Origin: Lentisphaeria bacterium | GTDB taxonomy: Bacteria; Verrucomicrobiota; Lentisphaeria; JABSQK01; JAWLHB01 | Assembly (NCBI GenBank): GCA_041690595.1 | Contig: JAWLHB010000016.1 | Coordinates: 124,001 to 152,167, forward strand | DNA length: 28,167 nt | Reading direction: 5' to 3' | Shown here: piece by piece, positions 8,471 through 18,303 of the stretch | Numbering within the stretch: the first letter of the stretch is position 1 | Layout of the letters: each line of letters begins with the position of its first letter | Notes under the pieces: model-generated | What the model saw: the letters and a program-made list of their open reading frames with translations, nothing else | Database searches by the model: none | Told to the model about the DNA's origin: nothing | Translations under genes and position numbers: made by a program

Positions 8471-11104
8471 TCATAACAGTTCGTGGCAGCAATCGGCAAA
8501 CATCCGCAGGCGCTGGCTGAGCACCTTGCCGCAGGCGCCGTCACCATAGACAAGCTCTCCCGCGACAATGCGCGGGTCCATGGGCTTCTCCGTCATGCGC
8601 TTCAGATCCTTCCGCCACCGCGCCAGCAGCTTTCGATCATCGCTCAGCCGCGCCGCATAGCTCAACCCTTCGAGCATCATCGCGCTCTCGATCATCTTGC
8701 TGGCAGGGCACGACGTATAGCGAAAAAACTCCCCTTCCACATCCCACATGTCTTCGATCACGCATCGGGCAAGGGAGACTATCGCTTCTTCCACCGCGGG
8801 ATCGCCGGTCAGCGCGTGAAAGCGCTTCAAGCCATCCAGCAGGATACCCATCATGAAGGAGACTTCGCCCGTATGCTTCGGATAGCAGAGGCAGTGATCG
8901 CTGTAAAGAACCCGGCGAAAGCTTCCGTCGCGCCGCTGCCGCGCGAGAATCTTCTCCACCAGCTCGGCCGCGGCCTCCAGATAGCGCACATCGGCCAACT
9001 CGCGATAGCCGGCGCAAAGGTGAATGAGGTGCCAACCCGCTTCCCGGCCGTTGGTGAAGCCCCAGTTCTTGAGGCAGGGACCGGCCAGGTCGTCAAGCAG
9101 CCGGCGCGCGACCTGCTCGGCTCGCGGATCCCCCGTCAGCCTCCCATACAGCAGCATCCCTTCCACCCAGTTGTGCGCAATGCCGATTCCGCCATGGGAA
9201 TAGGCGCCGACGCGGAACTCATCAGGGAAATACCGTCCTCCGTGCGCCATCGAATGAGTGATCTGCCAGCCCCCTTTCGGGTGTTCGCCATGGTAGGTAT
9301 CGACATCCATCTGGTGGCGGGCGGCGGCCAGGCCGAGGCGGCGCAGCTCCGGGTCACCCGTGACCATGAAGTGCTGGAGAAAGGCATACGGCGTGTCGTA
9401 TTCGCTGTTCCCCCAGTTGCTCACCCGCTCGCCAAACCAGTCGCCATAGCCAAAGAAGCCATACGCACCCACCGCATCGCGGTTTTGCAGGTAGAGCGAC
9501 AGCCAGGTCGCGAGCGTCCGGCGATAGAGGGCGCGCCGACCGAACGCCGGGTCCACCACCGCCGTCAATCCGTCCATGTGGAGCGAGGCATGCAGAAAGG
9601 GCGGATCGTCCAGCCGACCCGCTTCGTAAAGAACCGCGGCCGGATCCGTGGGCGCCTCAACCGTCATGCAACTGAAATGGCGGCGCGCCATCCCCTCCCG
9701 CAGCTTGTAGCGACCATCCTCGATGAAAAACTGGTTGCGGAGCCGGTACTCCTCGTCAGGATCGAGACGCACGCTGTCGGCGGGCGGCAGCAGCTCCATG
9801 TCGAGCATGTGGCGGCTCGCCGTCATGGCGATCGGCGCCGAAAAGCGCATCTCCTGCATCGTCACCTGCGTCCCGGCCCATTGCAGGGAATGGGGCATGG
9901 CCGCCACACTCATCTCGGAGTCCCGCTCCGTGTGCCAGCAGCCGCGAAAATCCGTCACGGGGCTCGTCGCGCCATCGTCGCCAATTGCCCGCGGCTCCTC
10001 ACCGTCATCGACTTCCAGACGCAGACCATGGCGGCGCAGCCAGGAAAAGGGGCCGGCGCCGTGGTTCTCCAGCAGGTGCTCCATCTCCACTCGCGGGGAG
10101 CCCGCCACCAGGCGCAGACGCGTCGCATGGAGGAAGCCGGCGATCTCGAAGGCAGCTTCGATGCAGATGGAGAGTTCGCTCCGGCGGATCACCGTCAGTC
10201 GCGCGGAACGTTGCGTGCCCTCTGCCTCGAGAAGCGGCGTCATGCGCCAGCTCCGCTCGCCCGTGGAGACGCGGAATCCCTCGCCGTGCAGGGAGATGCG
10301 CCAGCTGCGCCGAGCATCCCGCACCAGCACCTCGTTCTCGCTCTCGGTAACGGTAAGTCCCGGCATCACGGGCTCCTCACGGCCCGGCTCGACGTGGATC
10401 GTTCGCGTGGGGCTGGATATCCCATCGACCAGCACCTCCGCCAGCTTCGGCGCCGCCAGGCAGTACGGCAAGCGTCGGCGGCCGAGGCGCAGCGCGGTAC
10501 CTGCCTCCCATGGCGCCGGCAGCGGCAGGCACAGCAGCTCGTGCGACAGCGAAAAAGACCCCGGATTCACCAGGTTCATCCTCGACAGCGGCGCATTCTC
10601 CACCCGCCTGGCCTCCCGCCGGATCGGCGGCGGCGTCATCCGTGCCAGCCGCTCCGCGGGCGGCTCCGCCAGAAAAACCAGTCCTTCGACTCCCTGCCTG
10701 CTCCCGTCCCCGTCAAAGCGCAACTCCACCGTCTGCGCGTACGCCACCTCGTACGCCTCCTCCGTGAAGTAGATGTGGCGCAGCCCATCCGCGCGCGACG
10801 TCGTCACCCGGAAGCGAAACTGCTTCTGGATATGCACATCAAAGCTGAAGGTGCGATCCAGATCGTCGATCAGCACAAAACCGATATGGAAACGGCCGCT
10901 CTTCGGGAACCAGTGCCAGAGCCGCCCCGGCACCGGATGCTGGCGCACCGCCTCATCCCGCGCACAGCTGAAGAGGCTGTTCCCCAGGTTGTAACTAACC
11001 TGGAAGCCGTCCCGCACCGTGAACGCGGGCGCGGGCAGGAAGTGGCAATCCGGATCGTCGACGATCCCCGCCACTGCCTGTTCGCCATCGAAGATGATGC
11101 TCAT
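8471..11104 (-). CDS. PL26/YetA-like protein (exo-rhamnogalacturonan-lyase-related alpha/alpha toroid), no signal peptide, 877 aa
   Basis: AAGGAGG RBS, ATG 11104. C-terminal half has YGFFGYGDW..WGNSEYD..TGD..AARHQMDVD plus repeated helical-hairpin motifs (LTGDPRA, LADVRYLEAA, LTGDPAVEEA). Family call is from remembered motifs. Confidence 0.7.
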   Translation of the reverse strand: MSIIFDGEQAVAGIVDDPDCHFLPAPAFTVRDGFQVSYNLGNSLFSCARDEAVRQHPVPGRLWHWFPKSGRFHIGFVLIDDLDRTFSFDVHIQKQFRFRVTTSRADGLRHIYFTEEAYEVAYAQTVELRFDGDGSRQGVEGLVFLAEPPAERLARMTPPPIRREARRVENAPLSRMNLVNPGSFSLSHELLCLPLPAPWEAGTALRLGRRRLPYCLAAPKLAEVLVDGISSPTRTIHVEPGREEPVMPGLTVTESENEVLVRDARRSWRISLHGEGFRVSTGERSWRMTPLLEAEGTQRSARLTVIRRSELSICIEAAFEIAGFLHATRLRLVAGSPRVEMEHLLENHGAGPFSWLRRHGLRLEVDDGEEPRAIGDDGATSPVTDFRGCWHTERDSEMSVAAMPHSLQWAGTQVTMQEMRFSAPIAMTASRHMLDMELLPPADSVRLDPDEEYRLRNQFFIEDGRYKLREGMARRHFSCMTVEAPTDPAAVLYEAGRLDDPPFLHASLHMDGLTAVVDPAFGRRALYRRTLATWLSLYLQNRDAVGAYGFFGYGDWFGERVSNWGNSEYDTPYAFLQHFMVTGDPELRRLGLAAARHQMDVDTYHGEHPKGGWQITHSMAHGGRYFPDEFRVGAYSHGGIGIAHNWVEGMLLYGRLTGDPRAEQVARRLLDDLAGPCLKNWGFTNGREAGWHLIHLCAGYRELADVRYLEAAAELVEKILARQRRDGSFRRVLYSDHCLCYPKHTGEVSFMMGILLDGLKRFHALTGDPAVEEAIVSLARCVIEDMWDVEGEFFRYTSCPASKMIESAMMLEGLSYAARLSDDRKLLARWRKDLKRMTEKPMDPRIVAGELVYGDGACGKVLSQRLRMFADCCHELL

Positions 11105-11120
11105 GGCCCCCTCCTTCCGC

Positions 11121-14100
11121 TCAGAAGCCGGCGCCCTTGGCAAGCGGCAGGTTGAGGAATCCAATGACCCGGAAGTCGCGGGGCTCCACGACGATGCGCA
11201 GCTCATTGGCGATGTGCATCGTGTTGTGCCCACGCTGGAAATCGCCCACTCGCCAGGTATTCGGTTCATCCTTACTGATAGCACCAGGACCGCCAGTCAA
11301 CCAACCGGGGAACTCCATCGTCTCCATATCCCACACGACGCGACGTTCCATGGGATCGGGCATGGCCAGCAGCCGCGGGAAGTCCACCCGCACCAGCGCG
11401 GGCCTCCGGTTCGTGGCATAGTTGGCAACCACCACCCAGAGCACATCCTCGCCACGATAGATGGCAACATCCATATCGGGATCCGCATTGGCAATCCCGA
11501 AGCGCCCCTCCGCCTGCCACGAAGGCATGAACTCGAGCTCCCCACCTGCAATCTTCTTGGACATCAGATAGGCGGACATCAGCCCCATCTTGTACTTGAT
11601 GCTCTGGAAGAACTCCACCCCGTGCGTCAGCATCGTGGCCTGCGCCGTGCGATGCCCTTTCAGCGCCGCGGCTTCGTCCGGCTCGCCAAGCTCATCGGTG
11701 AAGGAGTCCCAGTTGAAGTGATAGAGGTGGCTGAGCTGATAGCCCCATAGGGAGCGATTGTACATCACGTCCATGAAGTCGCGCGGATACATCGTCATGA
11801 AGTCGGGGGTATCGCCACGGGGCGTCGCCATTTCGCCGCCCATGGCCAGGTCGGCAAAGGCCATGATCGGCGCGAACTGGAAGCGCGTGTTGTGAATGCA
11901 GATCGACATCACCGTGTTGTGCTGCTGGAAGACCGTGCGCAAGCGCTTCACGTAGTCCCGCATCTCCCACAGCTGGTACCCCGGCTGAATCCGCCCATCC
12001 GCCAGTTCGTACGCACTGCTCGCCCAACTGTTCTCGCTCGTGCGGTTGAAGAAGTTGTCCATGTAGTAGCCATCGACACCACCATCCCGGCACCACTTGT
12101 CGGTCCAATAGATGCGATTGTCCGTGGCCGAACGGCAGACCGTCGCGCCAGCGGTCAGCGCGTCACTTCCCCACTCGTACTTCAGGTAGTCGTATTCCTC
12201 CGCGAAGAAGTCGGCCGGGCTCAACTCCACATAGGGAACGCTGATCTCGTTGTATCGATGATTCGCCGCCTGATGCACCCGCCACTTCTCCAGGTTGTCT
12301 GGATACATGCGCGCATAAATCTTACTCTTGCTGACCTGCGGATCCCAGCGGCCGGACTCCGTCAAGCCACCGAAGCCAATGACGCTCGTCGGGTTGCTGT
12401 ACTGGCTGAAAGGCCGCGCCGGCGCCACGTGCAGGCCGAAAACGATCGTGCGCGGCCCGCTCAGTTCCACCGCCTCGGCGGCCAGGTTGAAGACCATCTC
12501 CACCGTCTCCTCGTCCGTCCGCACGAACTCGATGGCCGGGCGCGCGTCGGAGGGCCACCACCCCTGATCGTTGTCCGCAAACCAGGTGATGCCGCTGCTC
12601 AGGTTGCCAAGGAAGACGATGGGCACGAAGGAACCGACCGCCATCTTCTGGTGGATAACGCTGGTCGAATCCCAGACCGTGCCGCTCTTTCCCTTACCGG
12701 GCAGGTACCCGGCCTGATTCGACAAGCGCATGTGAAGGCCATTGGCCATATAATGAGTCGCGGCGGCGGCGGGCATCGGGATCACCAGCTGCAGGCTTTC
12801 CAGCTTGGCCGAGCCGGCGAGCGGCTTCATGGTGAGCGTCACTCTGGCGGTGCCGTCGTACTCCAGTTCGTAGCTGGTCTCGGTGACGAGCGGCCCGCCC
12901 TGCCCGGCGCCATTGGCGGCTATGCGCGCGGAGCTGACGCTCGCAAAGGTAGGTTGCGCTCCGGTCGCGGCAACGACGAAGGGCTGGCCCCCGCTGGCGC
13001 CACGCAGCGTTATCGGCGCCGCGAGCAGCTCGATGCCGGCAGCCCTGATCGTGCGCGGCAGCGCTGTCCCTTCCAGCACAATCTGCTTCTGGTAACCGCT
13101 CAGGGTTTCACCGTCTCGGGCCAGAGGCTCGAAGGGGGTCAGGACCACCTCTTCGGTGCCGATGGTATTGTTCAGCCAGGGCAGCTCTTTCGCGTGATCC
13201 TTGCGTACGAAGCTGCTCGTATTCGTCGCCAGAATTGCGCCGGCCTCATCCAGCAGCGCCGCCGAGACGGTATAGGTTCCCGGCTTCATGTCCGCCGGCA
13301 GCGGCACGCGTCCCTGCCCTTTGCCATAGCTGAACGATGTCACGACTCCGGCCCCCAGCAGCTCGCCCCCCTCCGACTTTACCTCAAAGCGGGCCGTCGC
13401 CACCTGCTCCGCCTCTTTCGCGTAGAACTTGTCGATCACCACATCCAGCAGATTGGAGATCGGCTTGTAGGCGGCGGTCACCTTGAATGGCTCCGGATCG
13501 GGCGTGTACTCGCCGCCGGCGAAGTTACCGGGATCGTTGAAGCTGAGCCCCCGGCTCCAGGTATAGAGGGAGCGCTCGCCGTCCAGCACCATGATCGTCA
13601 GCGTATAGGCGCGCCGATCCGGCGCCTCCACCGGCTCGTCGATCATCAGGCTCTGTCGTGCGCCAGCCGCCACCTGAACAGGCAGCCGCTTCTCGTGCAC
13701 GATGGCGTTATCCTTCGCCTTGGGGTCCCAGAGACGCGCCACCAACTCCAGCTCGACCGCCGCCGCGGTGGGGTTGGTCACCTCCATGTCGAAGCGAATC
13801 CCCTTGCCATCCAGAGAGCGAGCAGGATTGATGAGGCTGACGATCGGCGTTTCATCGACGAAGATGCCGGCGATCTTCCACCCATAGAAGCCCGACCACT
13901 CGAAGGGATTCTGCAGGCTGGCGGCCATGCCGAATAGCCAGAGATCTCCCTCCGCGATCGGCTGCTTCCAGTAGACGGACTCCCGCGGAATCGCCATCTC
14001 GGTCTCCCAGTACTCCCCGTCCGGCGTGAGGCGCTGGCCGTACTGCCACTCCGCATCCCAGTCATAGAAGCGCTGGCCGATCTGGTACTGATCTTCCATA

Positions 14101-14672
14101 TCCCAGCGATTGCCGGCCCCATTGCCCATGAACTGCCAGCGGCAGAGCGACGGGTGCGAGCCGAACTGCTTATTGTCGATGTAGAACTCCACCACCGTTT
14201 CCAGCGCGTAAACGTTGTCGTGCCGGGGCTCGCGATTCCAGACGACGGGCTTTTCGTTGGGCCGCATCTTCATGCGCTGGGCGAAGTAGACATGGTCGGG
14301 ATCCCAGCCGATGAAGAAGGTGCTGCCGGGTCTGGCCTTCATGCCGAAGGCTCCCGCGGTACCGGTGTACTCGACCGCGCCCGCCCATTCCTCCGCCTTG
14401 AAGGCGCCATCGATGACCGGCGGCGCCTTCATGCGGGGGATGCGAATCTGCGGTTCGGTGATCGCCGGCGGCGCCTGCTGCTGGGCCTTCTTCAGCGCCA
14501 GCCGCGCCTGAAGGTAGGCCGCCTTGGTCTCCGCCATCCTCGCCTCATCCGTCTGCACCGCGGCCTCGAGTTCCTTGACCTTTGCTTCAAGGCCATCGAT
14601 AGCCTCCGCGCCACCAACGCGAACACCCAGACCGATCAAGGCCATACACACGCACAGCAGATACTTCATCAT
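11121..14672 (-). CDS. Large secreted glycoside-hydrolase-like protein (coiled coil plus CBM9-like domain plus DUF6067-type core), 1183 aa
   Basis: Signal peptide ending GAEA; PPVIDGAFKAEEW; WLNNTIGTEEVVLTPFEP; GITWFADNDQGW; GGVDGYYMDNFF; YELADGRIQP; DLAMGGEM. Confidence 0.85.
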   Translation of the reverse strand: MMKYLLCVCMALIGLGVRVGGAEAIDGLEAKVKELEAAVQTDEARMAETKAAYLQARLALKKAQQQAPPAITEPQIRIPRMKAPPVIDGAFKAEEWAGAVEYTGTAGAFGMKARPGSTFFIGWDPDHVYFAQRMKMRPNEKPVVWNREPRHDNVYALETVVEFYIDNKQFGSHPSLCRWQFMGNGAGNRWDMEDQYQIGQRFYDWDAEWQYGQRLTPDGEYWETEMAIPRESVYWKQPIAEGDLWLFGMAASLQNPFEWSGFYGWKIAGIFVDETPIVSLINPARSLDGKGIRFDMEVTNPTAAAVELELVARLWDPKAKDNAIVHEKRLPVQVAAGARQSLMIDEPVEAPDRRAYTLTIMVLDGERSLYTWSRGLSFNDPGNFAGGEYTPDPEPFKVTAAYKPISNLLDVVIDKFYAKEAEQVATARFEVKSEGGELLGAGVVTSFSYGKGQGRVPLPADMKPGTYTVSAALLDEAGAILATNTSSFVRKDHAKELPWLNNTIGTEEVVLTPFEPLARDGETLSGYQKQIVLEGTALPRTIRAAGIELLAAPITLRGASGGQPFVVAATGAQPTFASVSSARIAANGAGQGGPLVTETSYELEYDGTARVTLTMKPLAGSAKLESLQLVIPMPAAAATHYMANGLHMRLSNQAGYLPGKGKSGTVWDSTSVIHQKMAVGSFVPIVFLGNLSSGITWFADNDQGWWPSDARPAIEFVRTDEETVEMVFNLAAEAVELSGPRTIVFGLHVAPARPFSQYSNPTSVIGFGGLTESGRWDPQVSKSKIYARMYPDNLEKWRVHQAANHRYNEISVPYVELSPADFFAEEYDYLKYEWGSDALTAGATVCRSATDNRIYWTDKWCRDGGVDGYYMDNFFNRTSENSWASSAYELADGRIQPGYQLWEMRDYVKRLRTVFQQHNTVMSICIHNTRFQFAPIMAFADLAMGGEMATPRGDTPDFMTMYPRDFMDVMYNRSLWGYQLSHLYHFNWDSFTDELGEPDEAAALKGHRTAQATMLTHGVEFFQSIKYKMGLMSAYLMSKKIAGGELEFMPSWQAEGRFGIANADPDMDVAIYRGEDVLWVVVANYATNRRPALVRVDFPRLLAMPDPMERRVVWDMETMEFPGWLTGGPGAISKDEPNTWRVGDFQRGHNTMHIANELRIVVEPRDFRVIGFLNLPLAKGAGF

Positions 14673-14700
14673 CGCTTTCTTCCCCGGTCAATTCTTTCGT

Positions 14701-17700
14701 TTATTCCGCTTCCACACCGAGCAGACGGAACCCATGCCCTTCCACCGAAAGCGGCGCCGTCAACACATACCGATTATCCTGCAAGGCGAAGGCCACCGGC
14801 TCACCGCTCTCGAGGTCGAAGATTTGCCTCACCTGCAGCCGCTTTCCGCGCACCGGAATGAGGGCATCGATCTCCAGGCCGGTGCCGGCAAGATCCTTAG
14901 CCTGCGTATCCCCATTGAAGAAGAGCACCGCCGCCGTGCGCAGGCCGGCATTGGAGTAGACACTGGCGTGTACCTGCTCGACAGCCGGCTCCACCATCCC
15001 GGCAGTCAACCAGTAGCCGGCAAAGAGGCAGTTGGTCGTGTCGGCAAGATTGACCAGCCCCCGCATCCGGCTCATCGTTCGCCGCACCGGCAGAAACTCC
15101 TCCTTGGCAAAGGTATAATGGCTCAGCACCGCCGGGTGGATATCATGGCTCATCAGCATCGCCCAGAGGCTGCGCCGCACCTGCTCGTCACGCTCCGGAG
15201 TGGTGCCGGTAAAGCCGCTCAGCCAGGGACGCGCCACCTGCATCGTGCTCTTCGTGCGCGCCATGGCGCGGAACTGCCCGATCGGCCACTGCTGCAGGCT
15301 CGTCATGTCCGCACCATCCGCATACCAGTCGTTCTCCACCATCCAGAAGATCTGCGCAAAACCAAGGTCGACGTGCATGTTCGCCGCCCACAGCGGCGGA
15401 CGCATCAGCTCCCAGCCCAGCGTGTTCAGCCGCTTCACCAGTTGGCGCCGCGGGTAGAGCAGCCAGACTTCCTCCAGACGCCCCAACTCCGCATTGTAGT
15501 CGTTGACCAGACTGATCGAGACATTGTCCCACCACGTCCCGTTGAAGCCCGACTTCTCCAGCAGCGGCTTGTGGTACCAGATGAAAAAGTCGATCATGCT
15601 CTGCGACCAGTTGATGCCGGTGACGGAGAGTTCTTCGTCCGAATCCCACTGTTCAGTCCCCTGGTAATTCCAGCGGCCGGTGTCGCTTGCGGCGCTGCGA
15701 TTGGCCACCCAGTTGCTGCGGCCCAGCCACTCGCCGCCGAAGCTCCGGAACTCTCCCGGCCCCATGCCGGTCAGTTGGCCGCTGCCGTACATCACCAGCT
15801 TGGCGCCATGGGCCAGCTTGTCGACGTAATGCCCGTGCCACCACCCGTAATTGCCCTTGGCGGTACGTTGCGCTTCGCCTTGGTAGCGCGGGCCATAGAG
15901 CACGAACTGGCGAAGCGCCTCGTACTCCTCCGGGGTGCTGTTGACGAAGTCGTCCACGGACTTGCCGTAGTAGCGGTAGCCCCGCGTGTCGTGCGCATCG
16001 AGCCCCTCTTCGTTGTAGGTGCGATAGCGGGGATGGTTCGGCTTGACGGGAGCCGCTTGCAGGGCGAAGCGCATCGTGCGCGCACCGTTCAGTTCCACCG
16101 GGCCCGCCAGCAGGCGCACCCGCAGGCGAACGTTGCCATCCTCCAGCCGCTCCACCTGCACGACCGGCTGCTCATCCGCAAGCTCCCAGCCGGCAGCGCT
16201 CCACGCAAAGAACCAGAGCCCCCGGTCGCCACTGCCGATGTACGTTTGCGGCACGAAGGATTTCCAGTCGAAGCGCGACCCCTTCACCTTCAGCAGCTCC
16301 GTGCTTTGAAAGTGGATGCCGGGCTCGCGCGGAATCGCGTTAAAGTGATTCCCGTAGCGCCCGTCACCAAGCCGCTGCACATACAACGTGTCGATGGGCA
16401 GGCCAGGCTGATCCTTGAGGTCGATCACCAGGTCGGCCGTCTCGATCGTCCCGGCCCCCTCCAGAGTCGCCGCGAACTCCCACCAGCCGTCGTACTCGAC
16501 GAAGCTGGTCAGGTCGGCGGCGATCTCACCCAGTTGCTGACTGCCGCGGATGTCGACGCGGTGCATGGCGGCGCTGGCGATCTCGCTTTCGGCGTCGGCG
16601 ACAGTGGCGATGCCGTCACCCCGGCGCACATCGAGACGCACGGGCGCGGCCAGCAGCGGCAACGGCTGCCCCATGGAACCGGTCGGCGGCCCCACCACGA
16701 TCTGCCCGGGCAATCCCCCCGGCGCGATCGTATAGCTTCGCCCCCACATGCCGACGGTGCGCTCGCGAACCGTCAGCGGCTGGAATGGCGGAATGACCTC
16801 ATCGCTCATCCCAAGCTGGTTGTGCTCCCACGGATACTCCTTGCGGACAAAGGCGGCATCCTTCGCGGAGATCATGCTTCCCGACCCGTCGAATAGCTGG
16901 AAGCTGGCCACGTATTCTCCCGTGCCCAGCTTGGGAAGATCCATCAGAATCGGCGCCCCAACCAGCCCCTCGATGGGGCCGCCGCCGGTGGCCAGCACCG
17001 CCTCCTGCCCCTTGGCGCTGACCGCGACCTGAAAGCGACGCGCGCTCTGCACCTGCTCCGACATGCCGAAGAAGTCGAGATCGACACTTACCTCCAGCTT
17101 GTCGCTGTAGGGCAGATACGCGATCTTGTACTCCCACTCCCCACTTTGCGGGCGGCCCGCGATCCACTTGTCCAGAAACTGCCGGCGAAACTCCTCGTCC
17201 ATCTGCATGAAGGGTGAGCGATTATGAAAGAGCACGATCGACTCTCCGTCGACCTGGGCTATCGCCTTGATCTCGAGGTGGTTGCGCCGGTTACGCTCCG
17301 CGACGGCCACCGTCGAGATGGCAATACCCTGCTTCTGGAAGCTCAACCTTTCTGTATGGTTCGCCGGCAGGGCCACCTCGCGAGACTCCTCATGGACAAC
17401 CTTCCCATCCGCATCCTCGACACGAAGTTCCAGCGTCACCTGGCTGGCGGCGCTGCCGCCCACCAACTCGATTACCGCGTCCAGCTCGCCCGCGCCGATC
17501 TCGCCAAGCTGCAGGAAGCGACAGACGGGAGTCCCGGGTACGAAATCCATGCGGGCAAAGCGCTGCCAATCCATCCAGTGGGTGCCAACCAGGCCCGCGA
17601 AGTACATGCCGGTGCAGGAATCCGTACGCACAAGCTGAATGACCAGATCGCGGGCATCCAGGCTGGCGATGTCCAGGCGGCCGATCTCGATCGCCAGCTC

Positions 17701-18267
17701 CAGTTCCCACACCGACTTCGTCACCCGGCACTTCACCGGGCCGCCCATCGCCCATAGCTGCTCGGTGCCATCGGTGCCGTTGAAGAGGAACTCATCGACG
17801 ATGGCGGCCTTGGGGTTGGCCATGACCTTGTAAAAGCCCTTGCCCTGCGTACTGGCCTGATCGCGTCGGCCATGAGTGAGAATCTGGATCTCGACGTGAT
17901 CCTCAAAAAGCACCGCCGGATGGCCGATGATGAGATCGTCTTCCTTCACCCGCGCCACGGGATAGGTCCCCTCGGGATGGGGCGAGCGCATCGCCATATA
18001 GAGATACGTGTCGTCATAGCCGAGAAACCACTGCACCTGCTGGATACGCGGCACCAGGCTGCCATGTCCGCCCACGCTACCTTCGGCGGTCACCCCCGTG
18101 AAGGCGGCCGCCCGCCCCCACTCCGCGTCGTCGATGGCCCCGTCGATCACCGGCGGCGCCGCCAGCTTCGGTACCCGCAGCACCGGATGAACGAACGCCT
18201 CCGCTGCCTGCACCGCGGAGAACCCAACACAGACCAGCACAAGACAGAGAGCGAGGCTCTTCATCAT
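14701..18267 (-). CDS. Large secreted glycoside-hydrolase-like protein (CBM9-like domain plus divergent DUF6067-type core), ~1188 aa
   Basis: TAAGGTGG RBS 8 nt before ATG 18267. Signal peptide ending AVQA; PPVIDGAIDDAEW; WEHNQLGMSDEVIPPFQP; FALQAAPVKP; GFNGTWWDNV. Confidence 0.85.
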   Translation of the reverse strand: MMKSLALCLVLVCVGFSAVQAAEAFVHPVLRVPKLAAPPVIDGAIDDAEWGRAAAFTGVTAEGSVGGHGSLVPRIQQVQWFLGYDDTYLYMAMRSPHPEGTYPVARVKEDDLIIGHPAVLFEDHVEIQILTHGRRDQASTQGKGFYKVMANPKAAIVDEFLFNGTDGTEQLWAMGGPVKCRVTKSVWELELAIEIGRLDIASLDARDLVIQLVRTDSCTGMYFAGLVGTHWMDWQRFARMDFVPGTPVCRFLQLGEIGAGELDAVIELVGGSAASQVTLELRVEDADGKVVHEESREVALPANHTERLSFQKQGIAISTVAVAERNRRNHLEIKAIAQVDGESIVLFHNRSPFMQMDEEFRRQFLDKWIAGRPQSGEWEYKIAYLPYSDKLEVSVDLDFFGMSEQVQSARRFQVAVSAKGQEAVLATGGGPIEGLVGAPILMDLPKLGTGEYVASFQLFDGSGSMISAKDAAFVRKEYPWEHNQLGMSDEVIPPFQPLTVRERTVGMWGRSYTIAPGGLPGQIVVGPPTGSMGQPLPLLAAPVRLDVRRGDGIATVADAESEIASAAMHRVDIRGSQQLGEIAADLTSFVEYDGWWEFAATLEGAGTIETADLVIDLKDQPGLPIDTLYVQRLGDGRYGNHFNAIPREPGIHFQSTELLKVKGSRFDWKSFVPQTYIGSGDRGLWFFAWSAAGWELADEQPVVQVERLEDGNVRLRVRLLAGPVELNGARTMRFALQAAPVKPNHPRYRTYNEEGLDAHDTRGYRYYGKSVDDFVNSTPEEYEALRQFVLYGPRYQGEAQRTAKGNYGWWHGHYVDKLAHGAKLVMYGSGQLTGMGPGEFRSFGGEWLGRSNWVANRSAASDTGRWNYQGTEQWDSDEELSVTGINWSQSMIDFFIWYHKPLLEKSGFNGTWWDNVSISLVNDYNAELGRLEEVWLLYPRRQLVKRLNTLGWELMRPPLWAANMHVDLGFAQIFWMVENDWYADGADMTSLQQWPIGQFRAMARTKSTMQVARPWLSGFTGTTPERDEQVRRSLWAMLMSHDIHPAVLSHYTFAKEEFLPVRRTMSRMRGLVNLADTTNCLFAGYWLTAGMVEPAVEQVHASVYSNAGLRTAAVLFFNGDTQAKDLAGTGLEIDALIPVRGKRLQVRQIFDLESGEPVAFALQDNRYVLTAPLSVEGHGFRLLGVEAE

Positions 18268-18290
18268 CGTCTTCACCACCTTATTGAAAA

Positions 18291-18300
18291 TTAACGTTAA
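18291..18300. promoter_or_regulatory. Putative LacI-family operator O3 (TTAACGTTAA)
   Basis: Perfect 10-bp palindrome with central CG in the 36-nt gap between pilin-like A and the next gene; shares the TAACGTTA core with the sites at 19025 and 20155. Confidence 0.7.
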
Positions 18301-18303
18301 CTG

